A stretch of 64,000 nucleotides of DNA from Pseudomonadota bacterium (lineage in GTDB: Bacteria; Pseudomonadota; Alphaproteobacteria; Sphingomonadales; SMXR01), in the NCBI GenBank assembly GCA_022566215.1, contig JADFJJ010000002.1, positions 19,372-83,371 of the forward strand. Reading direction: 5' to 3'. The position numbers and the translations under genes were made by a program. Positions within the stretch are counted from its first letter, which is position 1. Every line of letters begins with the position of its first letter. Positions 41,246 through 49,860 of the stretch are shown here, piece after piece. The notes under the pieces are model-generated. The model had not been told where the DNA came from and made no database searches. It was given only the letters and a program-made list of their open reading frames with translations.

Positions 41246-41805
41246 TATAAACCTCCGATCAGGTCTTCTCGTTTGTCCCGTAAGCGTTTTTTAAGCCCTT
41301 TGCGCCCCCGCGCCAGAAGCGATTCCAGAGCCTCGATGCTGATCCCCATTATTACCGCGGCTTCGATATTGGTTTCCTCTTGCAGGTGGACCAGGGTTAT
41401 CGCCGCCCTTTGACGTTCCGGCAGGGAAAAAATGGCAGTGTTCAAAACCTCCGCCACTTCGCCGTTGTGGATGTCATCCAGCTGGGAGGGCGCTTCGGTT
41501 CGCTCGGGAATTCCCTGATCCGAAATTTCCTTTGTTTTCCTGAGCCGGTCAATACAAAGGTTATAAACCACCCGGTACAGCCAGACGCTTATTTTCGCAT
41601 CAGGTTTCCACCTCGGGGCCTGTTTCCAGAGCCTTAAGAACGCCTCCTGGCTGGCATCCTCGGCCTCGGCGACATCCTTCAGCATTTGATAGGCCAGGCC
41701 CAGCATCAGGTTCACATGGCCATCGACAAGGGTGCGGCAGGCTGTCATGTCACCTGCCGCTACCGATTTCAGCAATTGTGCATCTGAATGTCTGTCGCCC
41801 ATCAC
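41245..41805 (-). CDS. ECF-family RNA polymerase sigma factor
   Basis: 186 aa with region 2 (DASQEAFLRLW...WLYRVVYNLCIDRLR) and region 4 (LPERQRAAITLVHLQEETNIEAAVIMGIS). Confidence 0.9.
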   Translation of the reverse strand: MMGDRHSDAQLLKSVAAGDMTACRTLVDGHVNLMLGLAYQMLKDVAEAEDASQEAFLRLWKQAPRWKPDAKISVWLYRVVYNLCIDRLRKTKEISDQGIPERTEAPSQLDDIHNGEVAEVLNTAIFSLPERQRAAITLVHLQEETNIEAAVIMGISIEALESLLARGRKGLKKRLRDKREDLIGGL

Positions 41806-41869
41806 CCTTTTCGGTGTTCTTTCGTTGGAGGAAACGTATTCGGGCGGGGCGCCACATGCACATCCTTAC

Positions 41870-42346
41870 CTAGTCTCGGCCCCTTGACCGTTTAATAAAA
41901 AGGTCGCGCATGGCCGCCTTCGCCTCGAGCAATGTTACCTGACCATCAAGGTTAGAGTCCATATCCTTAAATCGGCGGTCGCTGAAAACCTCCATTTCTT
42001 CCAGGGAAATAAAGCCATCACCGTCGATATCGAGGTAGGTAAACATATTGCCCTTGCCGTCCCGGGGCCCTTTAGCTTCGGGGGTCTGGCCGCCCATTAC
42101 CGCTTTTTTTGCGGCCATCGCCTCATCAAAGCTGATCAGGCCGTCCTGGTTCACGTCGGTCCTGGCGAATTTTTGCTCACGCTGGGCTACAAATTCGGCG
42201 TGGCTGATCACACCGTCGCCATTGAGATCCATCTCGGCGAATTTTTCCTCGCCTCTGGCGGGCCCGCCCGGCGGAGCTTCGGCAAGGACTGGGCCGGCCA
42301 ACAGGACCGGGGCTGCTAAAAGTGCGGCTATAAGTGTTTTTTTCAT
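41870..42346 (-). CDS. secreted four-EF-hand calcium-binding protein
   Basis: 158 aa with signal peptide (LAGPVLA-EAP). Four canonical loops: DLNGDGVISHAE, DVNQDGLISFDE, DIDGDGFISLEE and DSNLDGQVTLLE. Confidence 0.85.
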   Translation of the reverse strand: MKKTLIAALLAAPVLLAGPVLAEAPPGGPARGEEKFAEMDLNGDGVISHAEFVAQREQKFARTDVNQDGLISFDEAMAAKKAVMGGQTPEAKGPRDGKGNMFTYLDIDGDGFISLEEMEVFSDRRFKDMDSNLDGQVTLLEAKAAMRDLFIKRSRGRD

Positions 42347-42446
42347 AATATCTTCCTTTGCTTGGGTGCTGTCGCAACTGTTATATTTTTTTAACGGTGG
42401 GGCCGGTCAATTCCGTCGCGCTTTTTTGGGTTTGAGGAATTAGGTC

Positions 42447-42475
42447 TTGTTGCGGATACAAAAACTGCATTATAA
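42447..42475 (+). promoter_or_regulatory. candidate promoter for tRNA-Thr
   Basis: TTGTTG-N17-TTATAA, 18 nt upstream of the tRNA 5' end. Confidence 0.35.
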
Positions 42476-42493
42476 AACCACCAATCTTTTTGA

Positions 42494-42569
42494 GCCGCCT
42501 TAGCTCAGCTGGTAGAGCATCGCATTCGTAATGCGGGGGTCGGGTGTTCAAATCACCCAGGCGGCACCA
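42494..42569 (+). tRNA. tRNA-Thr (anticodon CGU)
   Basis: Hand-folded cloverleaf. Acceptor GCCGCCT/AGGCGGC, anticodon loop TTCGTAA, T-loop GGGTGTTCAAATCACCC and an encoded CCA. Confidence 0.95.
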
Positions 42570-42681
42570 CTTTTCCCAAATTTTGAAGAAACGGGACAAG
42601 CGCGCTTTTTACCTTTTTCCTGTTTTCAAGGCCAGGTCTTGGGTTTACCATGGTTCAACCTTTGAAAAGGCGGGGGGAGCT

Positions 42682-44130
42682 GTGATCGATTTACGTCCGA
42701 TACTTCTGGTGATTGGCCTTTTGCTGATCCCGCTCGGGTTGGGCATGCTGGCGCCGGCGCTGGTGGACCTCTCAATGGGCCACCACGAATGGCCGGTGTT
42801 TGTCACGGCCAGTGCGCTGACACTTTTTGTCGGCGCGGGGCTGTATTTATCCAACCGCGGCGCGGGCGGCGAGTTGAGCATCAAGCAGGCCTTTGTGCTG
42901 ACCGTTCTGGTGTGGGTGATTTTGCCCGGGTTTGCCTCGTTGCCGTTCATTTTTACACAGCTGGACTTGTCCTTTACGGACGCCTACTTCGAGGCCATGT
43001 CGGGCTTGACCACCACCGGGTCAACGGTCATTTCAGGGCTGGATACCGCGCCGCCGGGGATTCTGATCTGGCGGGCGATCCTGCAGTGGCTGGGGGGCAT
43101 TGGCATCATTGTTATGGCGATCGCGGTGCTGCCGATGCTGAAAATCGGCGGCATGCAGCTGTTCCGGATGGAATCCTCCGATGCCTCGGAAAAAATCCTG
43201 CCCCGGGCGACACAAATTTCAGGGGCGATCGCGGTTCTTTACTTAACCTTGTCGATCCTTTGCTTCCTGGCGCTGGTTTTTGCCGGGATGACCACCTTTG
43301 AAGCCACCGCCCACGCCATGACCACCATTGCAACCGGCGGGTTTTCAACTTCGGACCAGTCGATCGGGCATTTTGACAGCGCCCTGATCGATGGCATTGG
43401 GGTGCTGTTCATGATTATCGGCAGCCTTCCTTTTGTCCTTTATCTGCAGGTCGTCAGGGGGCGGCCGATGAAGCTGTGGCAGGACGACCAGGTCAGGTTC
43501 TTTCTGGCGCTGGTGTTTTTGCTGGTGATGTTTCTGGCCCTGTGGCTGGTTTTTGAAAAGGACTATTCGCTGGCTCAGGCGTTGCGCTATTCCAGTTTTA
43601 ATACCGTTTCCATTCTGACCGGAACCGGGTTTTCGACCATTGCCTTTGATGCCTGGGGGTCACTGGCGCTGGTGTTCTTTTTTGTTATCATGTTTATCGG
43701 CGGCTGTGCCGGGTCGACCACCTGCGGGATCAAGGTTTTCCGTTTTCAGGTCCTGTTCGCCGGGGTCGCCACCCAGATGAAAAAACTGAGCCAGCCCCAC
43801 GCCGTATTCAAACCTCAATTCAACCGCCGGCCGATCCCCGAGACGGTGACAGATTCGGTTATGGGATTCCTGTTTTTATTCGCCGTTTCGTTCGTGGTTC
43901 TGGCGGCGGCGCTTGCTCTTACCGGGTTGGATTTCCTGACCGCGCTGTCGGGCGCCGCCACCTCAATTGCCAATGTCGGGCCGGGCCTGGGGGATGTTAT
44001 CGGCCCCTCGGGAACCTTCGGCCCGCTGCCCGATACCGCCAAGTGGATATTGGCTTTTGGCATGCTGCTTGGAAGGCTGGAGCTGTTGACCGTTCTGGTG
44101 CTCTTTACCCCTTCGTTCTGGCGCGCTTGA
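42682..44130 (+). CDS. trkH: Trk-type potassium uptake protein TrkH
   Basis: About 482 aa polytopic membrane protein with repeated M1-P-M2 units and GLTTTGSTV / GFSTSD / GTGFST selectivity-filter-like glycines. GTG 42682 follows GGGGGAG. The track ORF start at 42544 would overlap the tRNA. Confidence 0.9.
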   Translation: MIDLRPILLVIGLLLIPLGLGMLAPALVDLSMGHHEWPVFVTASALTLFVGAGLYLSNRGAGGELSIKQAFVLTVLVWVILPGFASLPFIFTQLDLSFTDAYFEAMSGLTTTGSTVISGLDTAPPGILIWRAILQWLGGIGIIVMAIAVLPMLKIGGMQLFRMESSDASEKILPRATQISGAIAVLYLTLSILCFLALVFAGMTTFEATAHAMTTIATGGFSTSDQSIGHFDSALIDGIGVLFMIIGSLPFVLYLQVVRGRPMKLWQDDQVRFFLALVFLLVMFLALWLVFEKDYSLAQALRYSSFNTVSILTGTGFSTIAFDAWGSLALVFFFVIMFIGGCAGSTTCGIKVFRFQVLFAGVATQMKKLSQPHAVFKPQFNRRPIPETVTDSVMGFLFLFAVSFVVLAAALALTGLDFLTALSGAATSIANVGPGLGDVIGPSGTFGPLPDTAKWILAFGMLLGRLELLTVLVLFTPSFWRA

Positions 44131-45316
44131 GTTTTACTTCCGCAAAGATCCGGTCGAGTTTTTCCAATGCTTCAGAGATGTGGCTGTCCTCAATAATCAG
44201 GGGCGGCAGCAGTCTCAGGATATTTTCGCCGGAGGGCGTCAGAACCAGACCCAACTCAAGTCCACGGGCAATCAGCGGGCGGATCTTGACGGAACATTCC
44301 ACCCCGATCATCAGGCCCAGACCGCGGACGTCAGTGATCAGTCCGGGATAGCGCTGTTTCAGTTTATTCAAGCCCGTCATCAGAGTTTTAGTGATTTCCT
44401 GGACATGATCCAGAAATCCCTCTTCCAGAATCACATCCAGAACCGCATTGCCCACCGCCATGGCCAGCGGGTTGCCGCCGTAGGTGGTGCCGTGGCTGCC
44501 AGCGCTGAGCGCTTCCCCGACCGAGGCCCTGGCCAGGCAGGCGCCGATCGGAAACCCGCCGCCAATTCCTTTGGCAACAGCCATAATATCGGGGGTAACG
44601 CCTGCCCATTCGTGGGCAAACAATTTACCGGAACGCCCCATGCCGCACTGGATTTCATCAAAAATCAGCAACAGGCCATGTTCGTCTGCAATCTCCCGCA
44701 AGCGTTGCAGTTGTTCTTTTTTGGCTGGCAGGATGCCGCCTTCTCCCTGTACCGGTTCGATCAGGATGGCCGCGGTTTCATCGCCGATGACGGTTTTAAG
44801 GGCATCAATGTCGATAAAAGGAACAAAATCAAACCAGTCGGGCATCGGACCGAAACCCCTGATCAGTTTTTCCTTGCCCGAGGCGGCGATGGCGGCAAGG
44901 CTGCGGCCGTGGAAAGCATTGATAAAAGTGATCACGCGATAGCGTTTTTCATCGCCCTTGGCATGGTGGTATTTGCGCGCCAGCTTCAGGGCGCATTCGA
45001 TTGCCTCCACGCCCGAGTTGGTGAAAAAAACGTTGTCGGCAAAAGTAGCCTCAGTCAGACGCTCAGCCAGCTTTTCCTGTAACGGGATTTGAAAAAGGTT
45101 TGAGGTGTGCCAGAGCTTTGCCCCCTGTTCATTCAGGGCTTTTACCAGATGCGGATGAGAGTGCCCGAGGGCGGTGACCGCTATCCCGGATGCGAAATCC
45201 AGATACCGGGCTCCCTTGACGTCAAACAGATAAGCCCCCTCACCCCTCTCAAACGCCACATCGAAGCGTCTGTAAACCGGCATCAACGGGTCGGGTTTAT
45301 TGTGTTTTCTGGCCAT
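44105..45316 (-). CDS. argD: acetylornithine (class III) aminotransferase ArgD
   Basis: 403 aa with DFASGIAVTALGHSHP, DEIQCGMGRSG and the PLP lysine in MAVAKGIGGGFP. The 3' end overlaps the trkH 3' end by 26 nt (convergent). Confidence 0.9.
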   Translation of the reverse strand: MARKHNKPDPLMPVYRRFDVAFERGEGAYLFDVKGARYLDFASGIAVTALGHSHPHLVKALNEQGAKLWHTSNLFQIPLQEKLAERLTEATFADNVFFTNSGVEAIECALKLARKYHHAKGDEKRYRVITFINAFHGRSLAAIAASGKEKLIRGFGPMPDWFDFVPFIDIDALKTVIGDETAAILIEPVQGEGGILPAKKEQLQRLREIADEHGLLLIFDEIQCGMGRSGKLFAHEWAGVTPDIMAVAKGIGGGFPIGACLARASVGEALSAGSHGTTYGGNPLAMAVGNAVLDVILEEGFLDHVQEITKTLMTGLNKLKQRYPGLITDVRGLGLMIGVECSVKIRPLIARGLELGLVLTPSGENILRLLPPLIIEDSHISEALEKLDRIFAEVKLKRARTKG

Positions 45317-45595
45317 CTAGGGTCTGAACCGGGTTGCCGAGTGGAACTGTGTTGGTTCTGAAAAAGCTGTAAAACAGGAGAAAAACACAGGCGATATGGG
45401 GTATCGGCGCGTATTTTCGACGCATTTTACTGCTTTTTCAGGCCAACCCCGAAGGGGCCACGCCCAAATCGGCCAGACCTGTGTCAAAAGCGCTTCAAAT
45501 AGTTGGCTATTTTTCATCTCTTTTTCCTTGTTCTGGCCGATTTTGGCATCAATATTTTCTGCGGCACAGCCCTCATCGGTAACCTGGTCCAGACC

Positions 45596-46417
45596 CTAAG
45601 GTTTCAGCTTGTAGCCGCTTTTAAAAATTTTATAAACCAACAGCCACAGCACGATATTGAGGCCGAGGGTCATCCAGATACCCACCGTAATGTCACTGTC
45701 GGCGCGCCCGATCATGCTGTAGCGGAACCCGTCGATGAGGTAGAAAAATGGATTGACGAGGCTAATTTTCTGGGCCAATTCAGGCAGCCGTTCAATCGAA
45801 TAAAAGGTTCCCGACAGCAGCGATAGGGGGATAATAATAAAATTGTTCAACCCCGCCGCATGATCAAATTTCTCCGCCCACACGCCCGCCACCACACCGG
45901 CCAAAGACAGCAGGGTTGCCCCGGAAAGCAGGAAATAAAAAAACAAGCCCCAGTGCTGGATTTCAACCTCTATTCCCGGCCAGAAGAAAAAAGTAACAAG
46001 GATTGCCAGGCCGACTATAACCCCGCGGGTAATTCCCCCCATAACGTAACCGAAAGCCAGCTCGCCCGCCGACAGCGGTGGCATCAGAACATCCACAATG
46101 TTGCCTTGCACCTTGCTGATCAAAATTGAGGAGGAAGGGTTTTGATAGGCGTTTTGCAAAATTGTCATCATAACCAGGCCAGGGGCCAGAAACGTCCCGA
46201 AGGGAACCCCGGCGACTTCCCGCCCCATCCCCCCAAGCGCCAGCGAAAAAATCGCCATGAACAACAGCGTCGTAAACGTCGGGGCAACAACGGTCTGCAG
46301 CCAGACCTTCATAAATCTCTTGACTTCCTTCAGGTAGAGCGTCCACAGACCAATCCAGTTGAAAAGGCCTATTTTTCTGGCACTGATAGTATGCAATGGT
46401 TTTTGTCCGGATAGCAT
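45596..46417 (-). CDS. ABC-2 type transporter permease (no adjacent ATPase gene)
   Basis: About 273 aa from the internal ATG, with six predicted TM helices and a YadH-like ABC-2 pattern. The N-terminal extension in the track ORF is unlikely. Confidence 0.7.
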   Translation of the reverse strand: MLSGQKPLHTISARKIGLFNWIGLWTLYLKEVKRFMKVWLQTVVAPTFTTLLFMAIFSLALGGMGREVAGVPFGTFLAPGLVMMTILQNAYQNPSSSILISKVQGNIVDVLMPPLSAGELAFGYVMGGITRGVIVGLAILVTFFFWPGIEVEIQHWGLFFYFLLSGATLLSLAGVVAGVWAEKFDHAAGLNNFIIIPLSLLSGTFYSIERLPELAQKISLVNPFFYLIDGFRYSMIGRADSDITVGIWMTLGLNIVLWLLVYKIFKSGYKLKP

Positions 46418-46580
46418 AAATGCAAGATTCCTGTTTCGCCAGTGATACCTGTAAAGCCATATGCATTCAAGAAAACTCCTTACGGGGAAAATGCTTATCA
46501 CCATTTTATGACCCCCTTGTACTCAGGAAGGCGACTGCGTATATACGGGGGACGAATTTTAGACCAAGAGGTGCGCTTTC

Positions 46581-46991
46581 ATGGCCTGGACGGACGATAA
46601 GATCAATAAACTGCAGAAACTCTGGGGCAAAGGCCTGACCGCAAGCCAGATTGCGGAAAAATTGGGAGATGGCGTTACCCGCAATGCCGTGATCGGCAAG
46701 GCCCATCGCCTGAAACTTCCTTCCCGTCCTTCCCCGGTAAAGGCCGAACCCGTCAAAAAGGCTCTTCCACCCCCGCCCGAGAAAAAGGAAGAGATGGCTG
46801 AAACCAGAAAGACCTCCCTGCTGGATCTGACCGAGCAAACCTGCAAATGGCCGATTGGCCACCCGGGGGATGCAGATTTTTATTTTTGCGGAAAACTGTC
46901 CCGCCCTGGCGTTCCTTATTGCCCGGACCATTGCCTGATGGCCTTCCAGGCGCAGTTGCCGAGAAAAGAACGCACCAGCGGCCGTCCCTGA
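46581..46991 (+). CDS. gcrA: cell-cycle transcriptional regulator GcrA
   Basis: 136 aa. MAWTDDKINKLQKLWGKGLTASQIAEKLG..TRNAVIGKAHRLKL at the N-terminus, and CKWPIGHPGDADFYFCG...PYCPDHC at the C-terminus. These are diagnostic GcrA blocks. Confidence 0.93.
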   Translation: MAWTDDKINKLQKLWGKGLTASQIAEKLGDGVTRNAVIGKAHRLKLPSRPSPVKAEPVKKALPPPPEKKEEMAETRKTSLLDLTEQTCKWPIGHPGDADFYFCGKLSRPGVPYCPDHCLMAFQAQLPRKERTSGRP

Positions 46992-47031
46992 TATTTTCTT
47001 TATCCTTTAAGAGCCTGCCCGGATTTGCCGA

Positions 47032-47136
47032 TTGACATTTACGGCAATAATTGTCATTGAAATCAAACTAAATTAGTCTTATTTTATATATACCGCACAA
47101 ATTAGCGGAAAACCGTCCCCTCAAGGGAGAAAAAAG
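47032..47136 (+). promoter_or_regulatory. AT-rich promoter/operator region of the Rrf2-suf operon
   Basis: TTGACA hexamer at 47032. The short inverted repeat TGACA...TGTCA and the direct repeat AAATTAG (x2) precede the Rrf2 gene. The exact -10 is not resolved. Confidence 0.3.
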
Positions 47137-47592
47137 ATGATTCGTTTAACAAATTTGGCCGATTACGGGATTGTCCTAATGAGCCATATAGCCAAAAACT
47201 CCAAAGAATTACACAGCGCCGTCTGCTTAGCGGGGGAAACCGGCATTCCGGCCCCGACCGTCAGCAAGATTCTGGGAGCGCTTTCAAGGGATGGATTACT
47301 CACCTCACACCGCGGCCTCAAGGGCGGTTTCTGCTTAAGCAGGGAAACCAGGGAAATAACCATCGCCGATATTATTGAAGCCGTTGATGGCCCGATCGCC
47401 CTGACCAATTGCATCGAGGACACCCCCGGTGATTGCTGCTACGAATCGTTGTGCGTCATGAAGCCGCACTGGCAGGTAATCAATGATGCGGTCCGGAAGG
47501 GTCTGGCTGGAATTACCCTGGATGAAATTTCCGCACCTGGTCCATTTCCCTTTGGCGGGGAAGAAGAGCAACGGCAGGCAAAATCCAGCTGA
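47137..47592 (+). CDS. Rrf2-family (IscR-like) transcriptional regulator of the suf operon
   Basis: 151 aa with N-terminal wHTH (LADYGIVLMSHIAKNS...) and the Cys cluster CIEDTPGDCCYESLC. First gene of the suf cluster. Confidence 0.88.
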   Translation: MIRLTNLADYGIVLMSHIAKNSKELHSAVCLAGETGIPAPTVSKILGALSRDGLLTSHRGLKGGFCLSRETREITIADIIEAVDGPIALTNCIEDTPGDCCYESLCVMKPHWQVINDAVRKGLAGITLDEISAPGPFPFGGEEEQRQAKSS

Positions 47593-47622
47593 TTACAAAT
47601 TAATTTTAAAAAAGAGCACCTA

Positions 47623-49092
47623 ATGGCCCAACCCACGCAAAATAACAAAGAAATCAGGGACGCAATCGGCGAATACAAATACGGTTTCACCACCGATATT
47701 GAATCCGAGTTTGCTCCCAAAGGGCTGAATGAGGACACCGTCCGTTATATTTCCGCAAAAAAGAACGAGCCCGAATGGCTGCTGGCGTGGCGCCTCAAAG
47801 CCTTTGCCGCCTGGCAGGATATGGAAGATCCGGAGTGGGCCCGGGTCAAGCACCCGCCGATCGATTTTCAGGATGCTTATTACTATGCCGAGCCAAAACA
47901 GAAAAAGGGAATCAAAAGCCTGGACGAAGTGGATCCGGAATTGCTCGCCACTTACGCAAAGCTTGGCATCCCCTTGAAAGAACAGGAAGTGCTGGCCGGT
48001 GTCGAGGGGGCACATAAAGTGGCGGTTGATGCTGTTTTTGACAGCGTGTCCGTCGCCACCACGTTTCGTAAAGAGCTGCTGAAGGCAGGGGTTATTTTCC
48101 TTCCCATTTCAGAGGCGGTACAGGAATACCCCGATCTGGTGAGAAAATATCTCGGTTCGGTCGTGCCCCAGCGGGATAATTATTACGCCGCCCTCAACTC
48201 GGCGGTCTTTTCAGACGGCACCTTTGTCTATATCCCAAAGGGAACCCGGTGCCCGATGGAGCTTTCCACCTATTTCCGCATCAACGCCCAAAACACCGGG
48301 CAGTTTGAGCGTACTATTATTATTGCCGAGGAAGACTCGTACGTCAGTTACCTGGAAGGCTGTACCGCGCCCATGCGCGACGAAAACCAGCTTCATGCCG
48401 CCGTGGTGGAGCTGGTGGCAATGGACAATGCCGAAATTAAATATTCCACCATCCAGAACTGGTACCCGGGGGACAAGAACGGCAAGGGCGGGATTTACAA
48501 TTTTGTTACCAAGCGGGGCCTTTGCAAAGGGAAGAATTCCAAAATTTCCTGGACCCAGGTGGAAACCGGGGCGGCGATTACCTGGAAATACCCAAGTTGT
48601 ATCCTGCAGGGCGACGGTTCGGTGGGTGAGTTTTATTCGGTGGCGGTGACCAACAACTGTCAGCAGGCCGACACCGGCACCAAGATGATTCATCTCGGCA
48701 AAAACACCCGATCGACAATCATTTCCAAGGGGATTTCAACCGGGAAAGGCCAAAACACCTACCGCGGTCTGGTGAAGGTCATGCCGAAAGCGGACAACGT
48801 CCGGAATTTCACCCAGTGTGATTCCCTTTTGCTGTCCGACACCTGTGGGGCGCACACGATTCCCTATATCGAGGTGAGAAACCCGACCGCCCAGGTGGAG
48901 CACGAGGCAACCACGTCAAAAATCAGCGAGGATCAGCTATTTTACTGCCTTCAGCGCGGACTGAATGAAGAAGAGGCGGTGGCCATGATTGTCAACGGTT
49001 TTTGCCGCGAGGTAATGAAGCAACTGCCGATGGAGTTTGCGGTGGAGGCACAGAAACTGTTGGGTATCAGCCTCGAGGGAAGCGTCGGTTAG
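47623..49092 (+). CDS. sufB: Fe-S cluster assembly scaffold SufB
   Basis: 489 aa, full-length SufB-like (…[22 protein letters not shown]…[11 protein letters not shown]…). Confidence 0.97.
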   Translation: MAQPTQNNKEIRDAIGEYKYGFTTDIESEFAPKGLNEDTVRYISAKKNEPEWLLAWRLKAFAAWQDMEDPEWARVKHPPIDFQDAYYYAEPKQKKGIKSLDEVDPELLATYAKLGIPLKEQEVLAGVEGAHKVAVDAVFDSVSVATTFRKELLKAGVIFLPISEAVQEYPDLVRKYLGSVVPQRDNYYAALNSAVFSDGTFVYIPKGTRCPMELSTYFRINAQNTGQFERTIIIAEEDSYVSYLEGCTAPMRDENQLHAAVVELVAMDNAEIKYSTIQNWYPGDKNGKGGIYNFVTKRGLCKGKNSKISWTQVETGAAITWKYPSCILQGDGSVGEFYSVAVTNNCQQADTGTKMIHLGKNTRSTIISKGISTGKGQNTYRGLVKVMPKADNVRNFTQCDSLLLSDTCGAHTIPYIEVRNPTAQVEHEATTSKISEDQLFYCLQRGLNEEEAVAMIVNGFCREVMKQLPMEFAVEAQKLLGISLEGSVG

Positions 49093-49103
49093 AGGAAAAG
49101 CCC

Positions 49104-49850
49104 ATGAAACCAATTTTATCCATAGATAACCTGAAAGTCCGTGTTGGCGGCCAGGAAATTCTGAAAGGGCTTAACCTGAAAATTATGCCCGGCGAAGTAC
49201 ACGCCATAATGGGACCCAATGGCTCTGGAAAATCGACCCTGGCAAATGCCCTGGCTGGAAAACCAGGATATGAAGTTACCGGCGGCACCGTCTTGTACAA
49301 GGGCATTAACCTTCTTGACCTGGATGCCCACGCGCGGGCCGGAGAAGGGCTTTTCCTGGGATTCCAGTATCCGGTTGAAATTCCTGGCGTCAGCAATCTC
49401 AATTTTTTGAGGACCGCCCTGAATGCCCAGCGCCTTTACCGTGGGGAAGAAGAAATGGATGCTTCCACCTTCCTCAAAAAGATCAAGGAAAAAGCCAAAC
49501 TGCTTTTGATGGATTTCGAAATGCAAAAGCGGGCCGTCAATGTCGGCTTTTCGGGCGGCGAGAAAAAGCGCAATGAAATGCTCCAAATGTTGATGATCGA
49601 GCCGACCCTGGCAGTCCTTGACGAAACCGATTCCGGGCTTGATATCGACGCCCTGAAAATTGTCGCGGAGGGGATTAATACGATCCGCTTGCCAGACCGC
49701 GGGCTTTTGCTGATCACCCACTATCAACGGCTTCTCAACTATGTTGAACCGGATTTTGTCCACATCCTGCAGGATGGCAAAATTGTCCGCACCGGGGACA
49801 AGGAACTGGCTAAGGAACTGGAGGAAAAAGGATATGCTGCGGTAGCCTAA
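49104..49850 (+). CDS. sufC: Fe-S cluster assembly ATPase SufC
   Basis: Walker A GPNGSGKST, signature FSGGEKKR and Walker B LAVLDETDSGLD. Start at ATG 49104 (MKPILSIDNL). Confidence 0.97.
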   Translation: MKPILSIDNLKVRVGGQEILKGLNLKIMPGEVHAIMGPNGSGKSTLANALAGKPGYEVTGGTVLYKGINLLDLDAHARAGEGLFLGFQYPVEIPGVSNLNFLRTALNAQRLYRGEEEMDASTFLKKIKEKAKLLLMDFEMQKRAVNVGFSGGEKKRNEMLQMLMIEPTLAVLDETDSGLDIDALKIVAEGINTIRLPDRGLLLITHYQRLLNYVEPDFVHILQDGKIVRTGDKELAKELEEKGYAAVA

Positions 49851-49860
49851 AGAGACAACC

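Noticed and set aside
42393-42414. GGAATT...CGTT ECF-type promoter-like motif upstream of the EF-hand gene (minus strand)
   Set aside because: The spacer is only about 12-13 nt against the 16-17 nt typical of ECF promoters. This is too weak to call.
42544-42681. N-terminal 46 codons of the track's 528-aa TrkH ORF
   Set aside because: The extension overlaps the tRNA-Thr gene. A GTG preceded by GGGGGAG at 42682 gives a TrkH of canonical length starting with its first TM helix.
44180-45082. 300-aa plus-strand ORF
   Set aside because: It is antisense to argD, which has clear class III aminotransferase motifs. Shadow ORF. The same reasoning applies to 26241-27092 (antisense to gdhB), 33251-33979 (acs), 4693-5421 (holA) and 55033-55719 (lysK/terB region).
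45317-45517. 66-aa Trp-rich ORF immediately upstream of argD as a real gene
   Set aside because: Only a moderate SD and no recognisable family. The composition is odd and it lies in a probable promoter region. It is kept as a note within the spacer finding, not called as a CDS.
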